From positions 1 to 33,517 of IMG/VR virus record IMGVR_UViG_3300021255_000047: a stretch of 33,517 nt of DNA. The stretch is one strand, 5' to 3'. Of this stretch, positions 1 to 8,314 are shown in pieces (position 1 is the stretch's first letter; the number at the start of each line of letters is the position of its first letter). The position numbers and the translations under genes are program-made. The notes below the pieces were generated by a model, which saw only the letters and a program-made list of their open reading frames with translations, was not told where the DNA came from and did not search any database. This DNA comes from a virus.

Positions 1-26
1 GAGCCATAACCGCCGCGGCCGGGATT
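1..26. repeat. Terminal 26-bp overlap identical to 33492-33517 (circular assembly closure)
   Basis: gagccataaccgccgcggccgggatt occurs at both window ends. A minus-strand ORF reads in frame across the junction. Confidence 0.9.
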
Positions 27-2078
27 TGTATAGTTGCCCGTCAGGCCGTTATACGAGTAGTGCGAGCCTCCTCCGCCGCCACCACCATTGCCTCCTGCAC
101 CGCCTCTGTAAAAGTCCGCTTGCACAGGGTCCACGGCGTCCGCTCCGTCGGTCGCGTAGTTCTGCGAGCTGGTGCTTTGTCCCGCGTCCTCCGCGCTGGA
201 TCCGTACGCCGCGCCTCCGCCTCCGCCTCCTGACGCTGTGACGGTGCCGCGTTTTACACCAAGGCCGCCCGCTCCGCCTCTCCATACAGAGTTGTAATCC
301 TCACCCGCGTCGCCCGGGTCTCCCGCTTTGTTCGCGTTGAGTAGGTCGCCGCCTTTTCCGCCGTCTCTGCCCCAGTTTCCGACGTCGCCCTGTTCTCCGT
401 AGATCGCGCCGTCAATCATGTTGACGTATGGGCCTTCGAGAATATTCCCGTCAGCGGTGGTGTAGTCTCCAAATACTGTGTCTCCGCCGATAAGCCCTTC
501 ATTGAACGCTTCACCGTATTCGGCACGCTGTCCGCCTCTTCCTCCAGCGCCTATACTTCCGGGATAACTGGCCTCGAGGCTGTCTATGTCAACGAGGAGG
601 TATCTTCCCGGGCCGCCTCCGTCTCCAGGCTCACCGCCGAGACCTCCAACTCCGCCGTATCCGCGGGAAACGATGTTTTCGCTGTACGGTCGCCCGCTGT
701 GTCCTCTCTCGCCGTCCATGCCGCCGAAGCCGCCCTGCGCTCCGCCAAAAAGAACGGCCAGAGCCCTTTTCCCTCGATGCGCCGCAGGAATTGTGAATAT
801 CCCGTTCGGCGCCGCTGTCAGCAGGAAGTAGTCGCTGAATGTGTTGCCGACATCCGTAGGGAGCCAGTCGTTTATCATCGTCAAATTGCCTCGCCTGAAG
901 CTCGATATCGTCTCATCAACGCCACTTACAAATGCGGAGTGCGCGTCTCCGTATGCGTCATGATAGAAGGCGAAATCGCCCGGATTTTCGTCATTTATTA
1001 CCACATCGACGTTTTGCGTCGTGGTCTGGTAGTAGTTCGCGACCCTGTTCAGGACGCTGGCCGAATTCAGCGAGGAGACCAGCGTGGCCTCTTTGATCGC
1101 CAGATCTTTTCCGCCTGTGTCTCCGGTGTCTTTGATCAGCTCGCGCCTAATGTGAACATACGGCGTGCCGTACAGGACGCCGCTTCCGGTTATGTTCGCC
1201 CAATTTGCGCCGCTGGCGTTTATGGTTATTCCGGATCCGCGGAATGCTGTATATGGCTTGTCAAAAATCACGTCGTGGCCGGAAATGTAAGCGCCGTTCG
1301 TGTTATCGTACACGACCTCCTCCGCGGCGTTCGTGCTCGCGTAGTAGGTGTGTTCTATCAGGCTAATCTTCGAGACCCTGTTTTTTACAACGCGAACGTT
1401 GCGCCCGTCCAGGAAGGTCCGCGCCTCCGGGATCGTCTTTGTCGTCTTGATCTCTGGGTATGCGATGACCATCTCGCCGGCCGTGTTCTCCGTCAGGCAC
1501 GCGCCGACCGCGAAGAGCACCTGCTGGAGGTTATCTCTTGCGGAAGTCCCGCGGTCTCTCGTAGTTGCCGGCAGCCAGCCATATATTCTGTCATCGTAAA
1601 CGTCCGGTGCTATCTGGCAAGGCAGGCCCTGCACTATGTCCAGAATTATGTCTCCTGCAGCGGCTCCGAAGTATACGCCGCCTTTATGCTCCATGTTTAG
1701 CAAAAGGCCGACAGCGGACGTGCCCTCTACCAGCACGACCTCTCTACCTTCGCGCTGAATTGACGTCACGTAAAACTTGGCGCGGAGTGTTCCGTTTTCG
1801 TAAAAATAAAGCGGCTCCGCGTATGGCGTCTGCATGATGTCGCCCTCGTCTATGACGTATTCTTCATCCGCTGACGTGGAGTAAAACTCCATCAGCACGG
1901 TGTATACGTTTTCGAGGCCGAACGCAGACGTGCGGACCCGCATTCTGAAAGAAGAAGCCTCCAAGCTGTCAGAAATTGGAGATACTGCGCTGACTATGTT
2001 CGGGTACGGCGTCAGCCAGATATCTCCGTTATCTGATGCGAAGCTGTGTTCTCCAAAGCGAATTTCAATCTTGCTCAT
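1..2078 (-). CDS. Tail tip / host-recognition type tail protein with glycine-rich C-terminal domain. This is the 5' part; the ORF runs off the left edge and continues at 33491->33446, about 707 aa in total.
   Basis: Manual translation from ATG at 2078 (ATGA overlap with the upstream stop) gives MSKIEIRFGEHSFASDNGDIW... with no stop down to base 1. It is absent from the ORF track because the stop lies across the junction. It follows the tape measure and Dit-like genes. The last ~250 aa are rich in GG/GGxGG and end ...GQGADGFVLVYV. Confidence 0.75.
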   Translation of the reverse strand, partial: MSKIEIRFGEHSFASDNGDIWLTPYPNIVSAVSPISDSLEASSFRMRVRTSAFGLENVYTVLMEFYSTSADEEYVIDEGDIMQTPYAEPLYFYENGTLRAKFYVTSIQREGREVVLVEGTSAVGLLLNMEHKGGVYFGAAAGDIILDIVQGLPCQIAPDVYDDRIYGWLPATTRDRGTSARDNLQQVLFAVGACLTENTAGEMVIAYPEIKTTKTIPEARTFLDGRNVRVVKNRVSKISLIEHTYYASTNAAEEVVYDNTNGAYISGHDVIFDKPYTAFRGSGITINASGANWANITGSGVLYGTPYVHIRRELIKDTGDTGGKDLAIKEATLVSSLNSASVLNRVANYYQTTTQNVDVVINDENPGDFAFYHDAYGDAHSAFVSGVDETISSFRRGNLTMINDWLPTDVGNTFSDYFLLTAAPNGIFTIPAAHRGKRALAVLFGGAQGGFGGMDGERGHSGRPYSENIVSRGYGGVGGLGGEPGDGGGPGRYLLVDIDSLEASYPGSIGAGGRGGQRAEYGEAFNEGLIGGDTVFGDYTTADGNILEGPYVNMIDGAIYGEQGDVGNWGRDGGKGGDLLNANKAGDPGDAGEDYNSVWRGGAGGLGVKRGTVTASGGGGGGAAYGSSAEDAGQSTSSQNYATDGADAVDPVQADFYRGGAGGNGGGGGGGSHYSYNGLTGNYTNPGRGGYG

Positions 2079-2455
2079 TTTTCCGTAAATGTCACCACGA
2101 TGCCCGTCCAATACTCGAGGCCGTTCGCGCCGAGTCCTCTGTACTTCTGCCGCGTGACGTCCCTCTTCGCCGTCATGGTCCGCTGCGTCTTTGTGCGCGG
2201 ATCGTAATATGTCACCTTATGGTAGACGGAGGAATATATGGCGTTCAAAAGGTTGCTTAACTTGGCCGAATCGAGCGGCATGGCCGGAAGCGTCACCTCC
2301 GCCTTGATTGCCAGCTCGTCATCTATGCTCTCGCCATTCAGCGCTCTCCCGCCCTGTCCTCCGTCTATCGAGACGTATCCGACCTGATAGCCGGCATCTG
2401 GGAAGTACGATGTAAAAATATTGTTGTCGATTATAAGCGGCTTTTCTCCTGCCAT
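2075..2455 (-). CDS. Small distal-tail (Dit-like) structural protein
   Basis: 126-aa ORF immediately after the tape measure, with ATGA-type overlaps on both sides. The call rests on position only. Confidence 0.45.
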   Translation of the reverse strand: MAGEKPLIIDNNIFTSYFPDAGYQVGYVSIDGGQGGRALNGESIDDELAIKAEVTLPAMPLDSAKLSNLLNAIYSSVYHKVTYYDPRTKTQRTMTAKRDVTRQKYRGLGANGLEYWTGIVVTFTEK

Positions 2456-4008
2456 CAGTATCCTCCCTGTACGAGCGGCACTCCGACTCTGTTTGCCTCT
2501 TTGGTGTTGTATCTGTACTGATTGCGAGCGACCACAGCGCCGTCGAGCACCGCGGTAAGGTCAATGTTGATTACCTTTGTCTCGCTTTCAACTGGAAGCG
2601 CCATACTCATTGCTCCTGCTCCGGCAACGGTATAGCTCGGAGATCCGTCCGCGCTCCATGCGTTTGCGATCATGCCGCTTACCGTTCCGAGCTCTCTGCG
2701 GAGCTGGCCTTCGCCTTCCTTGATGCCCTTTGTGAAGAGGTCCATCATATCGGGTGCGAAAGTATGAAAGTTCGACAGCGGGCCTTCCTCCGGCTCGGAA
2801 AAGCCGAGGATCCTTTTTACTATCCCGGCCGCGTTCGATACGGTGTCGCGAAGCCTTTCAAACTTGGCTTTCAATCCGTCGATGAAGTTCTGTATGAGAT
2901 CGCTGCCCCAAGTCTTGGCCTTGTCAAGCATCGTTTTTATGCCGTCGCCGACCATCGTCACGATGTCTTTGCCGGCGTCTCGTATACTCGGCCACGCGGC
3001 CATCAGGCCCTTGACTATTGCCTTTATGATTTCCGGAACGGATGCCAAAAGCGTCGGGATATTCGAGAGAAGTCCCGCTATCAGCTGCCCGAGTAGCTTC
3101 GCGCCCATCTCCAGCAGCTTCGGCAAGTTCTGAATGAACGCATCCATCAGCCCGCCAAGGATCGCGACTCCTGTTTCGAGAAACTTCGGCAAATTCTCGT
3201 TCATCGTGCTCAGAACGTTGTCGATGCCCTCGTTTATCAGCGCCACGCCGCTGTCTGAATCGCCGCTGAATATTTTTGTCAAGCCGTCCATGACGGTCGT
3301 TATTCCCGGCATAAAGTCAGATGTCAGTCCGCGCTTCAAGCTTCCGAATGCAGTCTGCAGATCAGAAAGGCTGTCGTTGAACGTGGCCGCCGCCTTCACG
3401 CTTTCGTCGCTCATTACGCCGCCCAGCTCGTGCACGTGCTGCCGGAGCGCTTCTGTATCTTCCGCCGTTGTATTCAGCAGCGGCATAAGCTCCATCGCGC
3501 CCCTGCCCATCAGCTCTGTGGCCAGCCTTGCTCTTTCGCCTTCATCGCCGATACCCTGGAGCCCTGCAATCGTCGCCTCGAACAGTTCTTCTTTGCTCAT
3601 GCTGGCGACCTGTTCCTGACTCAGTCCGAGCTGCTCGAAGGCCGCGCTTCCTTCCGTCGCGAGATTGGAAAGCGTACGCATCGGCCCGGCTAAGGCATCA
3701 GCGGAGCTCCCGTTATACTGAAGGATCGCGTCCCACTCCTGAAAGGCCTGTGCGGATAAACCGAGCTTCTGACTCGCCTTGTCGATGTGGTCTCCGTAGT
3801 CAGACACCTGCTTTGCGCCGTCAAAAAGTCCCTTGGTAAGAGCGACCGTGGCTCCGGTGACCGCTGCTATCGCTGCGCCTCCGACAGCCATCGCGCCCTT
3901 GATCTTGCTCCCGAGCGACGACGCCTTGCTTTCTGCGTCTTTTGTTCCGCTATCAAATCCGGATGAATCAAGAGTTAAACTCGCAACGAGTGAAAAAAGA
4001 TCCATCAT
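2455..4008 (-). CDS. Tail tape measure protein (517 aa)
   Basis: Ala/Gly/Leu-rich helical protein (GGAAIAAVTGATVALTKGLFDGAKQVSDYGDHIDKASQKLGLS...). It follows the G/GT chaperone pair in the canonical order. Confidence 0.85.
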   Translation of the reverse strand: MMDLFSLVASLTLDSSGFDSGTKDAESKASSLGSKIKGAMAVGGAAIAAVTGATVALTKGLFDGAKQVSDYGDHIDKASQKLGLSAQAFQEWDAILQYNGSSADALAGPMRTLSNLATEGSAAFEQLGLSQEQVASMSKEELFEATIAGLQGIGDEGERARLATELMGRGAMELMPLLNTTAEDTEALRQHVHELGGVMSDESVKAAATFNDSLSDLQTAFGSLKRGLTSDFMPGITTVMDGLTKIFSGDSDSGVALINEGIDNVLSTMNENLPKFLETGVAILGGLMDAFIQNLPKLLEMGAKLLGQLIAGLLSNIPTLLASVPEIIKAIVKGLMAAWPSIRDAGKDIVTMVGDGIKTMLDKAKTWGSDLIQNFIDGLKAKFERLRDTVSNAAGIVKRILGFSEPEEGPLSNFHTFAPDMMDLFTKGIKEGEGQLRRELGTVSGMIANAWSADGSPSYTVAGAGAMSMALPVESETKVINIDLTAVLDGAVVARNQYRYNTKEANRVGVPLVQGGY

Positions 4009-4585
4009 TTCTCTCTTTCTGTAAGTCCCGCCCGCGCCCAGATATCCGCGACGATTTCTGCGGACGGTCTGTCGTCCACCTCTTGTTCTTTGTCCGTCTG
4101 GGTGATCTGGTCATACCAGCGCTGCGGAATATACTTTCCCTCGCCCTGCAGCCTCAATGAATCGGTCACATAAACGCGGTATGAAAGCTCCCACAGCGCT
4201 CGCTCTTCTCTCGCGGTCGCGTATCTTACGAAACCTTCGACTCCTCCTGGCCCTCGCCAGTCATTGATGCAGAGCCAGAGGAGCCCTGGGTCTGACCCCG
4301 CAATCCGAAAAGCGCCATAAGCGCCGGGTCGTTCATCATGTCGAGCGTTTCGACCAGCACGCTGGCCGCGTCGCAATGATAATCGGCCGGATCCTTTTCG
4401 TTCAAGATGGCAAACATCGCCATGACGTCCTTCGCGTTGTTCTGGAGCAGCGCGGACGCAAACGCCAGCTTGCCCTCTTCCTTCGCTTTCACGTTCTTTG
4501 CGTTCCCGGCAATATTGCCGATCGGAACGAGCAGTTTTGCTACGATCTCAATCGCTTTTTCGTCTTTGAAGTCAGACAGTCTCAT
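4005..4585 (-). CDS. Tail assembly chaperone, putative -1 frameshift product (gpGT-like)
   Basis: ORF 4005..4376 is in the -1 frame relative to 4226..4585 and overlaps its 3' end. It extends about 72 aa past the G stop and ends with an ATGA-type overlap on the tape measure start. No canonical slippery heptamer was seen. Confidence 0.45.
4226..4585 (-). CDS. Tail assembly chaperone (gpG-like)
   Basis: 119-aa acidic ORF between the major tail protein and the tape measure. Confidence 0.65.
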   Translation of the reverse strand: MRLSDFKDEKAIEIVAKLLVPIGNIAGNAKNVKAKEEGKLAFASALLQNNAKDVMAMFAILNEKDPADYHCDAASVLVETLDMMNDPALMALFGLRGQTQGSSGSASMTGEGQEESKVS

Positions 4586-4595
4586 TGTTTACCTC

Positions 4596-5162
4596 TTAAT
4601 CGTTGGACGGCTCGATGAAGTAAAACTCCATCGGCATGGTGCTCTGCGCGTTAATGGAAACGTGGCCGGTAATCTCCATGCTCATCGTTCCCTTGCCGTT
4701 CTTCGTGGTCTGGATATTGACGCCGCCGGTGGAGAGTCCGTTCTTGAGCTTTACAGCTGCGGCTCCGCCATTGGCCTTGTCCCCGACCCACCAGATATCC
4801 TTGAAATCGGTCTGTTCCAGATCGCGCCTCGGAACGACTTTCGTGGTGCCGGTCTTGTCCGCTGCGCCCAGCGCAAATGCGACGTTGTCCTGATTAAACT
4901 TGATGCTGCTAAACGCCATGCGGCAATCCCAGCCGTCAAGGTGTTTGAACTCCATCATGTTGTTCGGAACGTTGTCGACGTCCTCGCCGAAGTCGCTATA
5001 TGTCGCCTGGCACACAACGTTGATGCCGCCGGTGGTAGTGCAGATTATATCCGCATCGGCCGGCACCGCCGGGTTTGCCGGGTCAAAATTTGACAAAAGA
5101 ACTCCCGCGTCCAGCTGGAGTTCGTCGAATGCATCAGATGATACAACAGTATACTTTCCCAT
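4596..5162 (-). CDS. Major tail protein
   Basis: I chose the internal start MGKYTVVSSDAFDEL at 5162, preceded by AAGGAGA. The longer track ORF (to 5363) overlaps the upstream gene. The sequence is beta-rich and the gene sits upstream of the chaperones. Confidence 0.7.
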   Translation of the reverse strand: MGKYTVVSSDAFDELQLDAGVLLSNFDPANPAVPADADIICTTTGGINVVCQATYSDFGEDVDNVPNNMMEFKHLDGWDCRMAFSSIKFNQDNVAFALGAADKTGTTKVVPRRDLEQTDFKDIWWVGDKANGGAAAVKLKNGLSTGGVNIQTTKNGKGTMSMEITGHVSINAQSTMPMEFYFIEPSND

Positions 5163-5173
5163 GTTTTTTCTCC

Positions 5174-5548
5174 TTATGCGCGGAGGAATTCCGCCGTAAA
5201 ATTCAAAAGGATTCTCCGGATCCCATCGTCCGGATCTGTCAGGCGCTGGCTGAACGGTGTCCCTCTTGTGACCCAGATATATCCGCCCGTTATCGGAAGG
5301 ACAGCGCCGCCGTATCCGATCGCGTCGTATATCTGGCCGGCCTTTTGCGTGATCTCCCTCCACTTTTTCGACCGATACCAGAGGCTTGCGCTTATTGCGA
5401 CCGGTGCGTCCAGCTCCGATTCTGACCAGTTATAGGTCAGGCGCGGTATTGCCGCATCCTCCGGGACGGTGTTCTCGTCGTAGGCCGGAAGGCCAAAGCC
5501 GGACAAAAAGTCTTGCCAAGTCTGGGCCGCGTCTTTTAATTCCGCCAT
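5174..5548 (-). CDS. Tail completion / tail terminator-like protein
   Basis: 124-aa ORF directly upstream of the major tail gene. The call rests on position and size. Confidence 0.45.
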   Translation of the reverse strand: MAELKDAAQTWQDFLSGFGLPAYDENTVPEDAAIPRLTYNWSESELDAPVAISASLWYRSKKWREITQKAGQIYDAIGYGGAVLPITGGYIWVTRGTPFSQRLTDPDDGIRRILLNFTAEFLRA

Positions 5549-5556
5549 GTTCCCTC

Positions 5557-5907
5557 CTATACCGGCAGCGTGTATTCTTCCGCTTGCACCTGCCTCATGT
5601 CGAGCGTCGCCGAATTTGGCGTGTAGTTATCGTCGCCGTCAGAGGTGACTCGGAAGATTTTCCCGTCGCGGTCTCGCCTTATGACGTCGTGATACTGGAG
5701 ATTGATCGCTCGGCTTGTCGTGATAGTATACAGCGCCGTTGCTCCGGCCGCCTGTGCTGTCAGCGCTTCCACGCTGCTGTCATATCTCGCGTTCGCCTCG
5801 ATCGCGGCTCCTTCGACCCAGACCGTCTCGATTCCGCCGTATCCGTCCGGCTGCGTTCTCCTGTCCAGCATGGTGAAAGCTTCGTATCCTTCGGATAACA
5901 GACTCAT
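5557..5907 (-). CDS. Head closure / head-tail adaptor-like protein
   Basis: Start MSLLSEGYEAF at 5907 forms an ATGA overlap with the stop of the upstream gene. Position is between the capsid and tail genes. Confidence 0.45.
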   Translation of the reverse strand: MSLLSEGYEAFTMLDRRTQPDGYGGIETVWVEGAAIEANARYDSSVEALTAQAAGATALYTITTSRAINLQYHDVIRRDRDGKIFRVTSDGDDNYTPNSATLDMRQVQAEEYTLPV

Positions 5908-6338
5908 CCGTTGTTTATCCTCGCTTTCTTCCACTTCCTAAGCCTCGACGCGAAGTGCCCCTGCCAGGTCAGATTTCCGTCGGCTCCGGTCTCCTTCGAG
6001 TACGAATAGCCGCCGAAGCTCTCCGACTGATATGGTCCCTCCAGCACATCTGCGTGGCTGGCTGTCCAGGTCTTTATCTCGGACGCCAGAGCAATGACCG
6101 CCGGGGGGACGGCCATCGCCCATATTGCGCCCTCGAAGCTCTCATCTGTCAGATTTGATGCCGGGTATTGATACACGCCGTCGTTGAATACGGATCCGAC
6201 TATACGGAAGTATTGCCCTTCCTGAATGAAAGGCAGGTCAATGCTGCCGCCATCTATGGTGTAGACTCCAAGATGTATATCTTCTCCCTTGTCTTTAAGG
6301 AAGTAGTTGTTTAGCTCATGGCAAAGTTCGGTCAGCAT
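5904..6338 (-). CDS. Head-tail connector-like protein
   Basis: 144-aa ORF immediately after the major capsid gene. Positional call. Confidence 0.4.
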   Translation of the reverse strand: MLTELCHELNNYFLKDKGEDIHLGVYTIDGGSIDLPFIQEGQYFRIVGSVFNDGVYQYPASNLTDESFEGAIWAMAVPPAVIALASEIKTWTASHADVLEGPYQSESFGGYSYSKETGADGNLTWQGHFASRLRKWKKARINNG

Positions 6339-6357
6339 TGATCTGCTCCTTTTTTAT

Positions 6358-7266
6358 CTATTCTCCGCCACCGGAAGTAGCGGCGGTGATGGTGCCCTTT
6401 ACGACGCCGGCCGCGTATTCGACCAGGAACTGAATTCCGCTCATTACGAGAGACTCAATCTGCGCCCTCTCCTCGTTCTGATAGCCGGACTTGATGCCGA
6501 CGAAGCCGGTCTCATCGGTGGTCAGCTCGAATGCCTGCGCGATGTCGCCGCTCATGGTCAGGTAGTACATGATGAGGTTGTTCTTCGCGGTTGCGATGAA
6601 GGTGCCCGCGGTGACCTTGCTGCTCATGATCACGGTGCCGAGTCCGAGGAAGTTCTCGATGTAGTTCATTCCGAATGCGGTCTGGAGCGTGATGTTCGCC
6701 TTGCCGAGATAATCGGCCACATCGAGCGGATTCACGAAGTAGACGGCCTCTGCGGTGTCGTCCTCGAACTTGACCTGGAGCTGGCCCCATGCGTCAGCAA
6801 GTGCGGCCTGCAGGCCCACGCCGGTGGCGGTTGAGCTTCCGGTGATGGTGCCATTCAGGAAGGTGAACATGTCAGTTCTGATTCCCTTCTGAACGTCGAG
6901 GAGGAGCGCCGCGTCGGTCTCTCTTACAGCTGCATTATAGCCGGACTTTTTGATGCTCTCCGCAGACGCGGCCTTTCTCCACTTCTTGAGAGTGATCTCT
7001 CCGACTGCGGTCTTGGTCTGCGCGTACTTGGAAAGCGGGATGATCTCGCCCTCGGGAACAGCGCCGTTCTGCAGGGTGCCGCTGGTGCTGTACACATACA
7101 TCGTGGTGCCTTCCTGCATCGGGACCTTTCTGGTCACGCCGAGCGCTTCGACGAGCTTGGCGAGAGAGTTGTGCGCGAACTGCGTCACGAAGTCGATCTC
7201 CCTTACTCTTGCGAGGTCAGTTGCCTTTATAAGATTGGTTTCGGGAGTGGTGACTACATTTGCCAT
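6358..7266 (-). CDS. Major capsid protein (HK97-fold type)
   Basis: 302-aa ORF following the scaffold gene. Size and sequence character (MANVVTTPETNLIKATDLARVREIDFVTQF...) are typical of Bacillota siphophage major capsid proteins. Confidence 0.8.
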   Translation of the reverse strand: MANVVTTPETNLIKATDLARVREIDFVTQFAHNSLAKLVEALGVTRKVPMQEGTTMYVYSTSGTLQNGAVPEGEIIPLSKYAQTKTAVGEITLKKWRKAASAESIKKSGYNAAVRETDAALLLDVQKGIRTDMFTFLNGTITGSSTATGVGLQAALADAWGQLQVKFEDDTAEAVYFVNPLDVADYLGKANITLQTAFGMNYIENFLGLGTVIMSSKVTAGTFIATAKNNLIMYYLTMSGDIAQAFELTTDETGFVGIKSGYQNEERAQIESLVMSGIQFLVEYAAGVVKGTITAATSGGGE

Positions 7267-7284
7267 TTGTTTTGCCTTTCTGGA

Positions 7285-7887
7285 TTAAAATCCGAATTTC
7301 TCGCGGTTTTCGAGGATTGCAGACTGTCTTGCGTCTATATCTTTTATCGCGAGAATGTCCTTGACCGACATATCTCCGGACTTTCCGCCGTTGGCCGGCG
7401 GAGTATTGGTATTTGCTCCCTTTTCGCTTGTGGTCGATACGAGGCCTTTGAAGGTCCCGCCTATCAGCGAATCGAGCGCCTTCGCGTCCTTGATGTTTTC
7501 GCCGTCAAGCTCGACCGCGGAGATTTCGTCGCGGCTGCCCTTGATGGCGATTTCAAGGTTTGCGCCTTTGATGCCCTTGCTCTCAAAGTATGCACGGACC
7601 GCCTTTTCTTTGGCTGCGGCAGTTTCCTTTCCGGTGATATCCGCCTTGTAGTCCTTGTATTCCTTTTCGAGCTTTTCGAAGTCGGTCTTTGTCTTGTAGT
7701 TGTTTTTAACGTCCGCTTTCAGGTCGTCCAGTTCCTTTTGAACGTCCTTCAGCTTGTCCGCATCTTCCTTTGCGGTTTTGAGCTGCTCTTTGAGGCCGTC
7801 TACGGTCTCGCTGTGAGCATTGATGATCTCGTCTACCTTGTCAGCCTCAATTCCCAGGGCTGCGAGGAATTTTCTGGTGAGTGCCAT
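7285..7887 (-). CDS. Capsid scaffolding protein
   Basis: 200-aa, highly charged K/E/D coiled-coil protein directly upstream of the capsid gene. Confidence 0.75.
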   Translation of the reverse strand: MALTRKFLAALGIEADKVDEIINAHSETVDGLKEQLKTAKEDADKLKDVQKELDDLKADVKNNYKTKTDFEKLEKEYKDYKADITGKETAAAKEKAVRAYFESKGIKGANLEIAIKGSRDEISAVELDGENIKDAKALDSLIGGTFKGLVSTTSEKGANTNTPPANGGKSGDMSVKDILAIKDIDARQSAILENREKFGF

Positions 7888-7949
7888 TTTCCCTCCTATG
7901 CTTCGGCCGGATTTCCTTCCGGTTTGGTAATGGTTTTGTTTACAGATTT

Positions 7950-7978
7950 AGTATAATTTGAATTGTAATATCTGTCAA
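7950..7978 (-). promoter_or_regulatory. Sigma70-type promoter upstream of the scaffold/capsid genes
   Basis: Minus strand reads TTGACA-N17-TATACT in the 92-bp gap between 7980..8312 and the scaffold start. Confidence 0.55.
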
Positions 7979-7979
7979 T

Positions 7980-8312
7980 CTATGCGTTTTTCAAAGCCTG
8001 CTCCATCAGCTGCCTGTACTCTTCGACGTAGTTCGTCACGGCCGGTACAAGGTACGGCTTCGGCCTCCGCTTACTGGTGCCCAGCTCGACCTCTTCCGCG
8101 TATTCGACGTTCGTGCCGATATATGCCGTGTCTCCTTCGACCGCGTGGCTGATGCTGTTCCGCAGGCGGCCCGTGTCGACCGGGCATATTTCTTTCGCGT
8201 GGCCCTCCGCCGTCAGCGCGATTGCCTCCAGCCCGGCTGCCTTTGCCTCTGCCATCAGTTCCTGTATTGCCTCCGTATTATCCGTGATCTTCACATTTAC
8301 AAGTTCAGCCAT
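7980..8312 (-). CDS. HK97 gp10-family head-tail joining protein
   Basis: 110 aa with ...CPVDTGRLRNSISHAVEGDTAYIGTNVEYAEEVELGT..., which I recall as the gp10-family signature. Confidence 0.6.
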   Translation of the reverse strand: MAELVNVKITDNTEAIQELMAEAKAAGLEAIALTAEGHAKEICPVDTGRLRNSISHAVEGDTAYIGTNVEYAEEVELGTSKRRPKPYLVPAVTNYVEEYRQLMEQALKNA

Positions 8313-8314
8313 TT

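Noticed and set aside
1-26. Identical 26-bp sequence at both window ends, considered as a possible terminal repeat, att site or cos site.
   Set aside because: A single ORF, its stop codon and the next gene's SD read in frame across the junction. It is best explained as the overlap left by circular assembly. It says nothing about physical termini.
4596-5363. N-terminally extended track ORFs. Examples: 4596..5363, 29063..29569, 26970..27467, 26483..26986, 17075..17530, 19324..21288, 15067..15432, 31755..32564, 32528..32722.
   Set aside because: The extensions overlap the preceding gene or an intergenic hairpin, lack SD sites and are Arg-rich. Internal starts with AGGAGG-type SD sites and ATGA/TAATG-type coupling fit much better.
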